IMG/VR virus record: IMGVR_UViG_3300046786_000331
Coordinates: 1 to 64,000 of that record
Source of the DNA: a virus
Length of the DNA stretch: 64,000 bases
Direction: 5' to 3' (one strand)
Shown here in pieces: positions 9,360 to 19,449 of the stretch. The position numbers and the translations under genes were made by a program. The notes under the pieces were generated by a model, which was given only the letters and a program-made list of their open reading frames with translations, had not been told where the DNA came from and did no database searches. Every line of letters begins with the position of its first letter. The first letter of the stretch is position 1.

Positions 9360-10108
9360 GTGGTAATGTATTCAAAGATTCCGCAGGTTCCGTTCTTACT
9401 GTAGACATTAACAAAAAAGACGTCCTACCTACTATTCAGTGGTTGGAAAAAGTCACAGGCTTAGAACTAACAGACTATATGTTAGGTTCCACAGGGAAGA
9501 CAGAAGTCAGCGGAGATTTGGATATTGCCATCGACTCTAATAAAGTAGACAAGGCTGAATTCAGTCAAAAGTTATCCGACTACATTGCCAAGCAAGGCAG
9601 CGATCCAAAAGATTGGGTTAAGAAGTCTGGCATCAGTGTACATTTTAAAACACCTATCAAAGGTGACGAAGAAAACGGTTACGTACAAGCTGACTTTATG
9701 TTTGGCGAACCTAATTGGTTAAAGTGGAGTATGACTGGCGGCAAGGAAGGCAGTCAACTCAAAGGCAAGCACAGACATATTATCCTAGCTAGCATTGCTA
9801 AAACTAAAGGACTACGTTGGAGTTTTCAAAATGGTTTAGTTAATAGAGAAACCAATGAAACTATAACTAAAGATCCTAGAGAGATTGCTAAAAAGTTATT
9901 AGGACTTTCTGCAACAGAAAAGAATCTCGAAGATCCAGAAGCAATTATTGATTATATTATTAAATTGCCTAACTATGAAGAGCTAGTTAAAGATGCTAGA
10001 GAAACATTAGGCAAAGAAGGAGTCAAACTTCCTACAGCTAATAAATTAGAAAGTTATACTCCGGGAACTAGTGCTTGGTTCCGTAGGATGATTGAGGTTA
10101 CCAAATGA
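9356..10108 (+). CDS. putative pol-beta-superfamily nucleotidyltransferase
   Basis: LGSTGK...SGDLDIAID (hGS...DxD) plus later VQADF. Confidence 0.6.
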   Translation: MSGNVFKDSAGSVLTVDINKKDVLPTIQWLEKVTGLELTDYMLGSTGKTEVSGDLDIAIDSNKVDKAEFSQKLSDYIAKQGSDPKDWVKKSGISVHFKTPIKGDEENGYVQADFMFGEPNWLKWSMTGGKEGSQLKGKHRHIILASIAKTKGLRWSFQNGLVNRETNETITKDPREIAKKLLGLSATEKNLEDPEAIIDYIIKLPNYEELVKDARETLGKEGVKLPTANKLESYTPGTSAWFRRMIEVTK

Positions 10109-10389
10109 GAATTTTTGAAATCTTAAACGAAGACTGGCAAAAAGTCAACAAGCGAGATAAGACTGACGGGCTTAGTCCTAAAGCAGTAAAAGCATATCGT
10201 CGTGAAAATCCAGGTAGCAAATTGCAGACAGCAGTTACTACCAAGCCAAGCAAATTAAAAGCAGGCAGCAAAGATGCTAAACGCCGCAAGAGTTTCTGTG
10301 CAAGAATGAGTGGTAGCAAAGGCCCGATGAAAGATGAAAAGGGACGCCCAACTCCTAAGGCCAAGGCACTGAGTCGTTGGAATTGCTAA
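10105..10389 (+). CDS. basic hypothetical protein (RRKSFCARM motif)
   Basis: K/R-rich 94 aa, coupled start, N-terminal MRIFEILNE. Confidence 0.65.
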   Translation: MRIFEILNEDWQKVNKRDKTDGLSPKAVKAYRRENPGSKLQTAVTTKPSKLKAGSKDAKRRKSFCARMSGSKGPMKDEKGRPTPKAKALSRWNC

Positions 10390-10712
10390 TGATTGAGATA
10401 ACCGAAGCCGCTAAATCTAGAATCAAGGATATTCTTTACGAAGAAGGAAATCCTAAGATAGCCTTGCGTACATTTGTACAAGGTGGAGGTTGCAGTGGAT
10501 TCAGCTATGGCTTTACACTTGACGAAGAACAAAACGAAGACGACTTTGAAATTCCTTTAGATGAATTTAGAGTTCTCATAGATGCTATGAGTATGCAGTA
10601 TCTACAAGGTGCAAGCATTGACTACAAAGAAGAATTAATGGGAAGTCAGTTTGTAATTAAAAATCCCAACGCTTCCGGAACTTGTGGCTGCGGCAGTAGC
10701 TTTTCGGTATGA
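10389..10712 (+). CDS. erpA: A-type Fe-S carrier (ErpA/IscA/HesB)
   Basis: [11 protein letters not shown] and CGCGSSF motifs; TAATG-coupled start. Confidence 0.88.
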   Translation: MIEITEAAKSRIKDILYEEGNPKIALRTFVQGGGCSGFSYGFTLDEEQNEDDFEIPLDEFRVLIDAMSMQYLQGASIDYKEELMGSQFVIKNPNASGTCGCGSSFSV

Positions 10713-10903
10713 GAATCTCTGAACTTTTAGAAAACTTTGCTGACGGTCGTAACCCACAAGACAAGGGCGATGCTAAACGTCACGGTATCAACACCAAAGC
10801 CAGTGTAAGTTCTTTGCGCAAGACTGCTAAACAAGGCGGACGTAAAGGACAACTAGCACATTGGTTAGCTAATATGAAAGCTGGAAGAGCCAAGAAGAAA
10901 TGA
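10709..10903 (+). CDS. small basic hypothetical protein
   Basis: MRISELLEN start, coupled ORF. Confidence 0.6.
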   Translation: MRISELLENFADGRNPQDKGDAKRHGINTKASVSSLRKTAKQGGRKGQLAHWLANMKAGRAKKK

Positions 10904-11991
10904 GAGCCTTTGAATTTTTAGTAGAGAACGAAGTCCCTAAAAAAGTAGGACGTGAATTCAATCACCTTGAAGATTTAGTTTTTACTGAACAGAACGGTGC
11001 TGCTCGTGCAATTAAACTTCTTAGGGATATTGCACAAGATGCCAGCGAAGTATCACACAAGTGGGATGGTAGTCCAACAGTCTATTGGGGACGCGAACCT
11101 AACGGACAGTTTAGATTAGTTGGCAAGAACAATTGGGGGCGTGAAGAAGGCGCCAGCAATAGTGCAGAAGAACTAGAACAGTTTATCCTAAGTAGAGGTA
11201 AAGGCGAAGACTGGCGCCCTAAGTTTGCCAGTGATATGTCAGCTATGTGGGATGTATTTGAATCAGCAACACCTGCAGACTTTCGAGGCTATATCTACGG
11301 TGACATTTTATTCCATCCCGGTAAGCCTTATAATGGCGCAGATGGAAGAATGACTTTCAAGCCTAATCAAACTTCTTATAGTGTATTAGGTAACAGTGAT
11401 GCAGGTCGTAAAATTGCAGGACGCAAGATAGCCGTAGCTGCACACAAGAAGTTGGATTACTTTGGTGACAAGGGCGGAGAGCCAATTTCCGAAGTTAACA
11501 AATTTAACACCAAGGATCTAGCAGTGTTTGGGCAAACATATGTTAATCATCAACCTGCTGTAGATGCCGATAATTTATCTTTGATAGAAAATATAGCTAA
11601 TAAGAATGCTGCAACTATCAACGATTTTCTCAGCCCAGTAGCAGGAATGGGATATGTTAGAGAAACACTCTATACTTTTGTTAACACAAAAAGTAAAGCA
11701 AAACAACTAGACGACATTAACACAAATTCGTTCAACGAATGGTTAGCAGCTACACCTGCTAAACTAAAGAAAATAACAGAGCATAATGCTAAGTTTGGCG
11801 GAATTTTAGATACAGTGTTTGAGCTAGTTAGAGAATTGATGATAGCCAAAAACGAAGTTATTGCAGAATTAGACAAAGCTCAAGGTGATATTGTTGCAGA
11901 TACCGACGGAGAACCCGGCGGAGAGGGCTATGTTTACAAGGATGTTAAGCTAGTTCCAAGGCATCGTTGGACTCCGTTTCGTTCAGAATAA
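10900..11991 (+). CDS. putative covalent nucleotidyltransferase (ligase-like) fold protein
   Basis: KWDGS (motif I-like), GEGYV and VKLV near the C-terminus (motif IV/V-like). Confidence 0.5.
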   Translation: MRAFEFLVENEVPKKVGREFNHLEDLVFTEQNGAARAIKLLRDIAQDASEVSHKWDGSPTVYWGREPNGQFRLVGKNNWGREEGASNSAEELEQFILSRGKGEDWRPKFASDMSAMWDVFESATPADFRGYIYGDILFHPGKPYNGADGRMTFKPNQTSYSVLGNSDAGRKIAGRKIAVAAHKKLDYFGDKGGEPISEVNKFNTKDLAVFGQTYVNHQPAVDADNLSLIENIANKNAATINDFLSPVAGMGYVRETLYTFVNTKSKAKQLDDINTNSFNEWLAATPAKLKKITEHNAKFGGILDTVFELVRELMIAKNEVIAELDKAQGDIVADTDGEPGGEGYVYKDVKLVPRHRWTPFRSE

Positions 11992-12074
11992 GCACCAAAA
12001 CCGCCATTTTTTCCTTACCAATATAAATACTATGCCGGCCTCTGAGCGAGGTCATTGATTAAGGAGAAAACATC

Positions 12075-12449
12075 ATGGCAGATTTATCAGGCGTAACATA
12101 TGCAGGCGTAACAGGCGCCTTCGACAACAACTATCTAAAGCACAGCATTTCAACATCTGATGCAGGTCGCACACTTATCGTTAAGTTTGCAAAGACAAAC
12201 ATCACTAATGCAGAATTGAATGCTTGGATTGCTTATCTAACTACATCACACGGTTCCGGCGGTTCTGGCGACAGCGCATTCACAGTTGCTGGCGTTGGCA
12301 CAGCAGACGGTTCTGCTTTTGTAAGCGGTACAACTGACATTGTATTCCTACGTTTGCAAGGTACAGGTAGCTTTACAGATGCTACAGTTGAAGCTCTAAC
12401 AGGCACACCAACTGTTGACATTATTGCAATCTTTACACCAGCACTATAA
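12075..12449 (+). CDS. probable virion structural protein
   Basis: TATAAATA promoter, strong SD, own terminator, T/G/A-rich. Confidence 0.55.
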   Translation: MADLSGVTYAGVTGAFDNNYLKHSISTSDAGRTLIVKFAKTNITNAELNAWIAYLTTSHGSGGSGDSAFTVAGVGTADGSAFVSGTTDIVFLRLQGTGSFTDATVEALTGTPTVDIIAIFTPAL

Positions 12450-12473
12450 TTTCCAACGGGATGGGAAGCAATT

Positions 12474-12496
12474 AAGGACCTTCGGGTCCTTTTTTG
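12474..12496 (+). terminator. intrinsic terminator
   Basis: AAGGACC-TTCG-GGTCCTT followed by a T-tract. Confidence 0.85.
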
Positions 12497-12532
12497 TTGA
12501 CTGATATTTCTAGAAGTAAATAGTAGCATATT

Positions 12533-12940
12533 ATGGAAAGATATCAAGTCATAACTTTAGTCGACATCACTCGTACTAACTGTCCCAGAAACGAACCTGA
12601 CAGAATCAAAGTCGGCGAACAGGCAAACTTTAATAGTCTATTACAGGCTATTGGAATGCGTTCAAATGCTTCTTGGGATAGAGACCCAGTGATGAATACT
12701 GGACAATTGCCAGACGGAATAGAAGGCAAAGCCAATTATTGGGTATGGGATTTTCAAGGAGAACGAGATCTTGTTTTTAATAAAGATAGCAATCCTTTAG
12801 GGCTTCTCATTGACGACTTGCACGGAGTTCCTATTGTTCCGGATTTAAAAAATTCTGTTGACATTGATCCGGCAGCATTTCAAACCAAAGGCAATAATAT
12901 TAATACTTGGGTTAAGATAATATCACAGCTTAATCCGTAA
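12533..12940 (+). CDS. hypothetical protein
   Basis: 135-aa ORF after TAAATA. Confidence 0.6.
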   Translation: MERYQVITLVDITRTNCPRNEPDRIKVGEQANFNSLLQAIGMRSNASWDRDPVMNTGQLPDGIEGKANYWVWDFQGERDLVFNKDSNPLGLLIDDLHGVPIVPDLKNSVDIDPAAFQTKGNNINTWVKIISQLNP

Positions 12941-12961
12941 GCATTCAGTATTAAATACTGT

Positions 12962-13294
12962 ATGAAAACAGAATTTGAAAACTTCAGAAACACAACAATT
13001 AGGCAAATTAGAATTTGGGCTTGGATCGCGGCTGTATTACCATTAACATCATTAGCAGGCTTATTCTTTATATGGACATTTGGATCAGACACAATCCTTA
13101 ACAAGGCAATGATAGTCGGTGAAACTGCGATGTTTGGCGTAGCAGTTATATGGTGGTGGTGGGCAATATTTGTCATTAACAAACTTGTACGCCAGTGGGA
13201 AATTACTAGAAGCAATGTGTCCGATGTTCTAGCAGAACTCAAGGAAATCAAGGGCATAGTTCAAGAAGTGATTCCTGCAGAGAATGATAAATAA
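12962..13294 (+). CDS. two-TM membrane protein
   Basis: Two hydrophobic segments and a coiled C-terminus. Confidence 0.6.
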   Translation: MKTEFENFRNTTIRQIRIWAWIAAVLPLTSLAGLFFIWTFGSDTILNKAMIVGETAMFGVAVIWWWWAIFVINKLVRQWEITRSNVSDVLAELKEIKGIVQEVIPAENDK

Positions 13295-13358
13295 CGTATC
13301 AAAGGCACACAATTAGGCATAAGAGTTACCCAACATACACCACTTGGAGAAATGAATT

Positions 13359-13601
13359 ATGGCTACTGTGCCAACCACAAATTTAGAAAAAGAAAGCCTT
13401 GAAGCACACGTTGACTTGTGCGCCTTACGTTATGGGCAATTAGATGAGCGTCTAACTAATTTAGAAAAGAAAGTAGACGATGTGCATACAGATATTGTTG
13501 AAGGCCAAAAGAGTCTTACCAAAGTAATTATTGGAACTGCTGGAACCGTTGTTGCCGGTATTTTATCGTTAGTAGTTACAATCCTAATGAAGATGGGCTA
13601 A
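13359..13601 (+). CDS. coiled-coil protein with C-terminal TM helix
   Basis: LDERLTNLEKKVD heptads, then IIGTAGTVVAGILSLVVTIL. Confidence 0.65.
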   Translation: MATVPTTNLEKESLEAHVDLCALRYGQLDERLTNLEKKVDDVHTDIVEGQKSLTKVIIGTAGTVVAGILSLVVTILMKMG

Positions 13602-13642
13602 TTAACAACACACTTAAATAAAGGACCGTAGGTCCTTTTTTT

Positions 13643-14068
13643 ATGACTATAATACAACAACGTTTAGACCGAATAGTCAAAAATGAATTGGCTAAGAATA
13701 TTATCCCTGTTAAAACAGTGGATGGTATTCTGGTAGGTAACGTTTTGATAGTTAGTGCAGGACATATCAAACATTTAAAAATTAATAACGATTTTGTATA
13801 CAAAGATATTAGCCTAAATGCAGTAGCAGTAAAATTGGCTAATTTATTGGCTAGAAATATTCGTAGTGTAAAAATGGACGAATTATGGCGGGCGGATCAA
13901 GAATACGGGCGTTGGTACATGGATAGTCAGATGTTGCGATCGCAGCATCAACGTTCCATAAATAACCAGGACTTCGATCGTGCCGATATGCAGTGGGCAC
14001 GGTATTGCGAGAGCCGAGATCGTGCTATAATAGCAAAGAATTACGCTGAGAGTTTAATCTCAATCTGA
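13643..14068 (+). CDS. hypothetical protein
   Basis: 141-aa ORF. Confidence 0.55.
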   Translation: MTIIQQRLDRIVKNELAKNIIPVKTVDGILVGNVLIVSAGHIKHLKINNDFVYKDISLNAVAVKLANLLARNIRSVKMDELWRADQEYGRWYMDSQMLRSQHQRSINNQDFDRADMQWARYCESRDRAIIAKNYAESLISI

Positions 14069-14101
14069 ATAAATATAGTATCATTCTGGATCCCTATTAA
14101 T

Positions 14102-15400
14102 ATGATAACCACAGACCTTTTTAAGAATAACAGAGCTCCAAAGAAGCTTAACGAAACTATCGAAAAAACATTCGGTCGTAAGATTAACTTTGAAGCATTT
14201 AACATTGAACAGCTAGAAGATGCACGTAACAAACTACGTACACAAATCTACACAGCCCGTAACCAAAGCGGGTTTAATGAAACTATCGAGAATGATGCCC
14301 TAACACAGGCACAATGGATGCACGATGCTATTGTTGCAGAACTAATGGATCGCAATGAACACATTGTTGATAACACTCAAGTTGCTGAAGGGTCTGATTT
14401 TGACGAAGATCAAGTTGTAAACATTCTTAGAAGATTTGAAAGCAACATGAACGAAATCGGCGGATATGGTGACATTAACTATAAACAAATTATAGCAATG
14501 CTACGTGACGGCGATGTTGAAGGTGCAGTTGAAACAATCTCCTACGAAATTGCCGACAAAGACGGTGGTGAAATTCGAGGAATTGATCCATATTTGACTG
14601 ACTTGGCAGATGAGTTGGATTATGTGGTAAATGGATCAGGTGATGACGAAGGCGGTGAAACTGATGATGCATATGCTTTATCATCAGCAGGATTTGGTTC
14701 AGATGAAGACTACGGTGATTTTAATCAAAATGAAAGCGCACCTCCTACAGCCAAAGGTGAGCGTATGGTTAAGCATATCAAGAAAGGATATGCAGCCGAC
14801 GGTAAATTAACAGACAAAGAAAAGTCGATTGCTTATGCAACAGCATGGAAGCAACACAACAAAGACAAAAACGAATCTATCGAAACAGGAGAAGATATGA
14901 CTAGATTACAAGAAGGTGAAATCCAGCAAGCGTCTGCGATTGTCACAGCAAAGACAATGGTTGACAGAGTTGGCCGTTGGATTGAAGAACTTTCTGGTAT
15001 GGAGAACGACACTCTATTACAGTTAGGCGATTCTATCCGTGACGAAATGGGACAAGAGCAAGCCAAGCAGTTTATTTCTGCATGTGCTCCAGCTATTCAA
15101 CAAGCTCTACAAAACTTAAAAGATACACGTGAAACTCTAGCCAGTGGTGTTCGCACACTAACAGGCGAAGAGCAGCCAGCAGAAATGCTAGGCGGTGACG
15201 CAGGTGCAATGGGCGGCGAGCCAGCAATTGGCGGTGACGAGATGGGCGGCGAAGCTGCTCCAGACGAAATGAACGCTGAGCCAGAATTAGATGCATTTGC
15301 AGCAGCTGAACCAGCAGTCGGTGGCGACGAAGCAGCAGGCCGCGCACAACGTGAAAGCATTGATCGTAGCAACAGCTTGTTAAGAGTTCTAGCAGGATGA
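14102..15400 (+). CDS. acidic protein, possibly prohead core/scaffold-like
   Basis: 432 aa, E/D/G-rich low-complexity segments, late promoter. Confidence 0.45.
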   Translation: MITTDLFKNNRAPKKLNETIEKTFGRKINFEAFNIEQLEDARNKLRTQIYTARNQSGFNETIENDALTQAQWMHDAIVAELMDRNEHIVDNTQVAEGSDFDEDQVVNILRRFESNMNEIGGYGDINYKQIIAMLRDGDVEGAVETISYEIADKDGGEIRGIDPYLTDLADELDYVVNGSGDDEGGETDDAYALSSAGFGSDEDYGDFNQNESAPPTAKGERMVKHIKKGYAADGKLTDKEKSIAYATAWKQHNKDKNESIETGEDMTRLQEGEIQQASAIVTAKTMVDRVGRWIEELSGMENDTLLQLGDSIRDEMGQEQAKQFISACAPAIQQALQNLKDTRETLASGVRTLTGEEQPAEMLGGDAGAMGGEPAIGGDEMGGEAAPDEMNAEPELDAFAAAEPAVGGDEAAGRAQRESIDRSNSLLRVLAG

Positions 15401-15681
15401 AATTTTTCGACATCACCAACGAAAGTGATTTTCTAAAAATCAGAGAGTTGGCACCTGCTGTATCACCGGGTATGGCTCCGCCTCCTGGAACTGCTCCTGC
15501 ACCTGCGGGTGCTGCTCCGGCTCCTGGTGCAGCGCCTGCTGTTGATCCTGCTGCCCAAGCAGCAATGGCAGCAGCGCAGGCTAAAGATATGATGGATAGA
15601 AAAAAGCAACTTCAAGATCAGATTAAACAAACTGAAGCACAGTTAAATGATCTTAGAAAACAACTGGCAACAATGAAATGA
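15397..15681 (+). CDS. Pro/Ala-rich hypothetical protein
   Basis: PA-rich linker and coiled C-terminus. Confidence 0.6.
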   Translation: MKFFDITNESDFLKIRELAPAVSPGMAPPPGTAPAPAGAAPAPGAAPAVDPAAQAAMAAAQAKDMMDRKKQLQDQIKQTEAQLNDLRKQLATMK

Positions 15682-16064
15682 GATTTTTTGAATTTGCAGG
15701 TGACGACACTGGTGATAAATTTGTTATGGTTCTTAGAAACTATATCGGTCGTGCTGCTAGTAAAAAAGCACCTGCAAAATTAAATTGGATTGGTCTTAAC
15801 AAAGTATTAGCAACTAATGGCTTTGAACTAACTGCCGATTACGAAACATTCAAAGCCATTTATGATTCAAGTCCTGCTATGCAAAGCATGATTAAGGATT
15901 TTAATCAAGATGGTATTGAATTAAATGTTCCCGGAGCACCCGAAGAAGCTCCAAAAGGTAGCGGAACAGCACAACCTCAAGATAGTCAAGCAGCAGTAGA
16001 TCAAACAGCCGCATCGGCAGCAGCCGGACAATTGGCTGCATCACAAGCAACTCCCCAGGCTTGA
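15678..16064 (+). CDS. hypothetical protein
   Basis: Coupled ORF, starts MRFFEF. Confidence 0.6.
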   Translation: MRFFEFAGDDTGDKFVMVLRNYIGRAASKKAPAKLNWIGLNKVLATNGFELTADYETFKAIYDSSPAMQSMIKDFNQDGIELNVPGAPEEAPKGSGTAQPQDSQAAVDQTAASAAAGQLAASQATPQA

Positions 16065-16096
16065 CACGTTAATTTATTTCCTGTAATATATACAGG

Positions 16097-16798
16097 ATGA
16101 CAATAACTTTAACACCTCCACCATTTGTAGAAAGATATCAATATAAATCCTGCCAACAGGTAAATGATCCAGTAACACGAAAACGTGTTTATCTTACACC
16201 AGACGGCGAAAGCCTTCCTAGCGTTACGACTATTCTAAGTGCTACCAAAGACATGACAGCACTAAATGAATGGAAAAAGCGTGTAGGCGAGGACAAAGCT
16301 CGCCAAATTACTACAGAAGCTGCCGGAGTTGGCACTGCGATGCATGCCAACTTAGAACGTTTCATTGCTGGTATTCAGCGACAACCTGGTAATAATCCTG
16401 TCCATGTGCAGGCTAACCAAATGGCTGATGTTATTATTAACAACGGACTTAGTAAGGTTAACGAAGTCTGGGCAATGGAGCAAAGTCTATACTTTCCGGG
16501 CTTGTTCTCAGGTACAACTGACTTGGTCTGCGTCTTCGACGGTAATCCTAGCATATGTGATTATAAACAAACTAATAAGCCAAAAAAAGCAGAATGGGTA
16601 GATGATTATTATCTACAGCTAACGGCCTATATAATGGCGCATAATGAAATTTACGGAACTGATATTCGAGAAGGACATATCTTTATGTGTTCTAGAGCTT
16701 TCGAATACCAGCAATTTGATTTAATGCCTCAAGACTTTAATAAATGGCAAGATGCGTGGTTGTCTAAAGTTGAAGAATATTACGCATCACTTAGATAA
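16097..16798 (+). CDS. Cas4-like PD-(D/E)XK exonuclease (standalone phage type)
   Basis: PSVTTILS, GTAMH, GTTDLV, DYKQT, YYLQLTAY motifs; upstream TTGACA promoter at 16061. Confidence 0.88.
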   Translation: MTITLTPPPFVERYQYKSCQQVNDPVTRKRVYLTPDGESLPSVTTILSATKDMTALNEWKKRVGEDKARQITTEAAGVGTAMHANLERFIAGIQRQPGNNPVHVQANQMADVIINNGLSKVNEVWAMEQSLYFPGLFSGTTDLVCVFDGNPSICDYKQTNKPKKAEWVDDYYLQLTAYIMAHNEIYGTDIREGHIFMCSRAFEYQQFDLMPQDFNKWQDAWLSKVEEYYASLR

Positions 16799-17332
16799 TT
16801 TACAGTTATCAAAGTGCCATCGAGTCATTCCCACTTTACCTTGTTTTCCGCAATGTGGGCAAGTTAAAGTAGGACGACACCATCCTTCTTTGATTCCTTT
16901 AGATATTTTATCACGCTCTTCTGTAGTACGTTTTTTTCCGTACTGGGGATGTTTTTCACCTTGCTTAGATAAGCTCTTTGCAACAGACGGTCCGGATTTA
17001 TATTTTTTACCGTAATTGTTGGGCTTCTTTCCTGCCTTTGCATCGGATAACTTTTGTCTAACGGTTGGCCCAGGAATAGCTCCTTCACCGCCTGTTGTTA
17101 AATTTCTCAGCATTCCGGTTCCTAAATCTTTTCTTCCGTACTGAGAAATAAGTTGTGTTTCTAAATCACATGCTTCTTTATCGGTTATATTTTCTGCTAA
17201 CATCTGTATTCGATCCTTGGAGGGAATCGTAACATTGTGAGGACCAGTAAATGCCCGGGCTCCGATACCCTTCCCAATGTAATACGGAGTCCCGTCACTT
17301 CTCAAATACGCATACACATAAGATTGTTTCAT
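16787..17332 (-). mobile_element. free-standing GIY-YIG-like / NUMOD3 homing endonuclease gene
   Basis: YVYAY...PYYIGKG..R, E.QLISQYGR, LRNLTTGGEG, NUMOD3-like repeats, CPHCGK; antisense to neighbours; likely ATG 17332 after TAAATA. Confidence 0.8.
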
Positions 17333-17358
17333 ATTATTATTTATCATTATGGACTACA

Positions 17359-17397
17359 ATTGATAAGGTAGAGGAATACTATAACGCTGCTAGATAA
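17359..17397 (+). pseudogene. displaced 3' remnant of the exonuclease gene
   Basis: Reads IDKVEEYYNAAR* versus the exonuclease end LSKVEEYYASLR*. Confidence 0.75.
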
Positions 17398-17421
17398 ATA
17401 CCCTATAACGGGAAATTATCT

Positions 17422-19011
17422 ATGGCTGTCGTACAGATCTCTAAAATTCAAGTCCGCAGAGGACAAAAAAATTCCGGAATTGGCGTTCCACAATTAAGCT
17501 CAGCAGAGTTTGCATGGGCCGTTGATTCACAAGAATTGTTCATTGGTAACGGCAGCGTTGCTGAAGGTGCTCCGTTTGTTGGAAATACCAAAGTTCTTAC
17601 AGAGCACGATAACATTCTAGAATTAGCCAGCAGCTATAGATTTTCTAGCGTTGATCCTTCTATAACACTTAGTACTTACAGAAGTCTACAAAGTAAATTA
17701 GACGAGTATGTTAGTGTTGTTGACTTTGGTGCCGTTGGAGATGGTAACACAGATTGCCTAGAATCTTTCCAAGCAGCACTAGATCAATTATTTAGAAACT
17801 CCAACGACGACTTTAAAAAGGTATTGTTAGTTCCTAACGGAACATACATCTTTTCCGGCAATTTAAATATTCCTAGTACTGCTATTATCCGTGGCGAGAC
17901 ACAAGACGGTGCTGTACTAGATATACAAGATAATAATATTTTGTTCGTAACTGCGGACGGGGAAGGCATTGCAGAATTTAACAGCAGCAATAGACCAACT
18001 AACATTAATATTTCTAATCTTACAATCAAGCACGAGCTAGGACAATTTGTTCTAACAGGCGTTGCTGATTCTACACTAGATGGTGTACGTTTCTTGTCTA
18101 ACTATGTGTTAGGCGAAGACGTTGGCACAGTTGAAACACACTCAGCATCTCTTTTCTGGGAAAACAGTTTACCTGGTATTAAAGTAACAGGTATTGATAT
18201 TAAGAACTGTAAATTTGAATCTACAGCAGTAGCAGTACGCAGTGATCAAATTGTTGTTAATCCTAGCTTCCCACCAATCTACGATACATTTGTTAAATTT
18301 ACAAATTGTGAATTCTTTGTCTGCGACACTGCTATTCTTATTAACGGAATTAATGGCCAAGGTAACAAGTGGCAGATTAATGACAGTAAATTTGAAGAAA
18401 TTTCTAGATACGCATTTAAAGCAGACTACGGTCGCGGAACACTAATTCAAAGATCGCAGTTCATTAACTGCGGTAACGAAACAGGTACAGCAGCAGAGCC
18501 TGTACACAACATAGTTTATTTTGGTGAATCATTAGGTAACGCTGTTATCGATTCATCTAGCAACAGACATCAAGTAGGTGCTATTACAGCCATTTCTACA
18601 GTGGATGCTATCACTGAAGTCTACAATGCTAGCAAAGCAAGTCTTTCAGATTTAAACTACTCAGACATTTATTTGTCTGATAGTTATAAGCCGCTAAGTG
18701 TCTTCAGTGCATTCAATAGATACACATATATTGATTACACATTGACATTAAATAATCATACTCGTTCGGGTAGAGTAGTTATTATGATTAATGAAACATC
18801 AGATGATATTTCGTTCGCTGATAATTACACATACTCAACGCCACTTGCAACTACTACCGGAGGTATACTAATGACAAACTTTGAATTCTTCGCAGAACTA
18901 AAAAACAACGATTCCGTTACCGGAAATGAAACAGTATTATTGTCATATAGAAATCCTCTTTCTACTGGCGCTACCGGATCTATCTCATATTCTATAACAT
19001 ACGGTGTTTAA
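17422..19011 (+). CDS. virion tail/baseplate-associated protein with beta-helix (pectate-lyase-like) domain
   Basis: MAVVQISKIQVRRG N-terminus; SVVDFGAVGDG motif followed by beta-helix-like repeats. Confidence 0.7.
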   Translation: MAVVQISKIQVRRGQKNSGIGVPQLSSAEFAWAVDSQELFIGNGSVAEGAPFVGNTKVLTEHDNILELASSYRFSSVDPSITLSTYRSLQSKLDEYVSVVDFGAVGDGNTDCLESFQAALDQLFRNSNDDFKKVLLVPNGTYIFSGNLNIPSTAIIRGETQDGAVLDIQDNNILFVTADGEGIAEFNSSNRPTNINISNLTIKHELGQFVLTGVADSTLDGVRFLSNYVLGEDVGTVETHSASLFWENSLPGIKVTGIDIKNCKFESTAVAVRSDQIVVNPSFPPIYDTFVKFTNCEFFVCDTAILINGINGQGNKWQINDSKFEEISRYAFKADYGRGTLIQRSQFINCGNETGTAAEPVHNIVYFGESLGNAVIDSSSNRHQVGAITAISTVDAITEVYNASKASLSDLNYSDIYLSDSYKPLSVFSAFNRYTYIDYTLTLNNHTRSGRVVIMINETSDDISFADNYTYSTPLATTTGGILMTNFEFFAELKNNDSVTGNETVLLSYRNPLSTGATGSISYSITYGV

Positions 19012-19426
19012 TCTCTACGGCAACGAGAGACTAACACAATGGAAGAGCATACGAGATAGTTTAGAGGTTGATAGTCAACCTCTCGATACTGTCGCCTCCG
19101 TCTGGGCACAAGCCCCATTTGTTAGTCCCTATCTCAATCCCAAAGACCCAGACTCGTGGCCTGACCCATGGCATCTCATCTTAGATGGAAAGATGGATGA
19201 GCTTGCAATTACCCTAGGCATGCTGTATACTATTAAATTAACGCAGCGGTTTACCACCACTCCGTGTGAGATACATATGTCTATGCCAGCAGGGAAGAAA
19301 GAATTAGAGTTCTACTTAGTAGTTGATAAGAGGTACGTATTGAACTACGAATATGGAAAAGTCGTTGATTTTGACACCGTAAACCGCGATTCTGAGATAA
19401 TTTGGGCCGGCAGCTCCTTGCAATAA
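19004..19426 (+). CDS. hypothetical protein
   Basis: 140-aa ORF. Confidence 0.6.
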   Translation: MFNLYGNERLTQWKSIRDSLEVDSQPLDTVASVWAQAPFVSPYLNPKDPDSWPDPWHLILDGKMDELAITLGMLYTIKLTQRFTTTPCEIHMSMPAGKKELEFYLVVDKRYVLNYEYGKVVDFDTVNRDSEIIWAGSSLQ

Positions 19427-19449
19427 ATATCACACAAAAATAGAGACAT

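Noticed and set aside
16097-16798. CRISPR-Cas locus suggested by the Cas4-like nuclease
   Set aside because: No repeat-spacer array or other cas genes seen; standalone Cas4-like exonucleases are common in phages.
16787-17400. Group I intron housing the endonuclease
   Set aside because: The ORF is antisense and fills the insert, no P7/catalytic core is visible, and the exonuclease is already complete.
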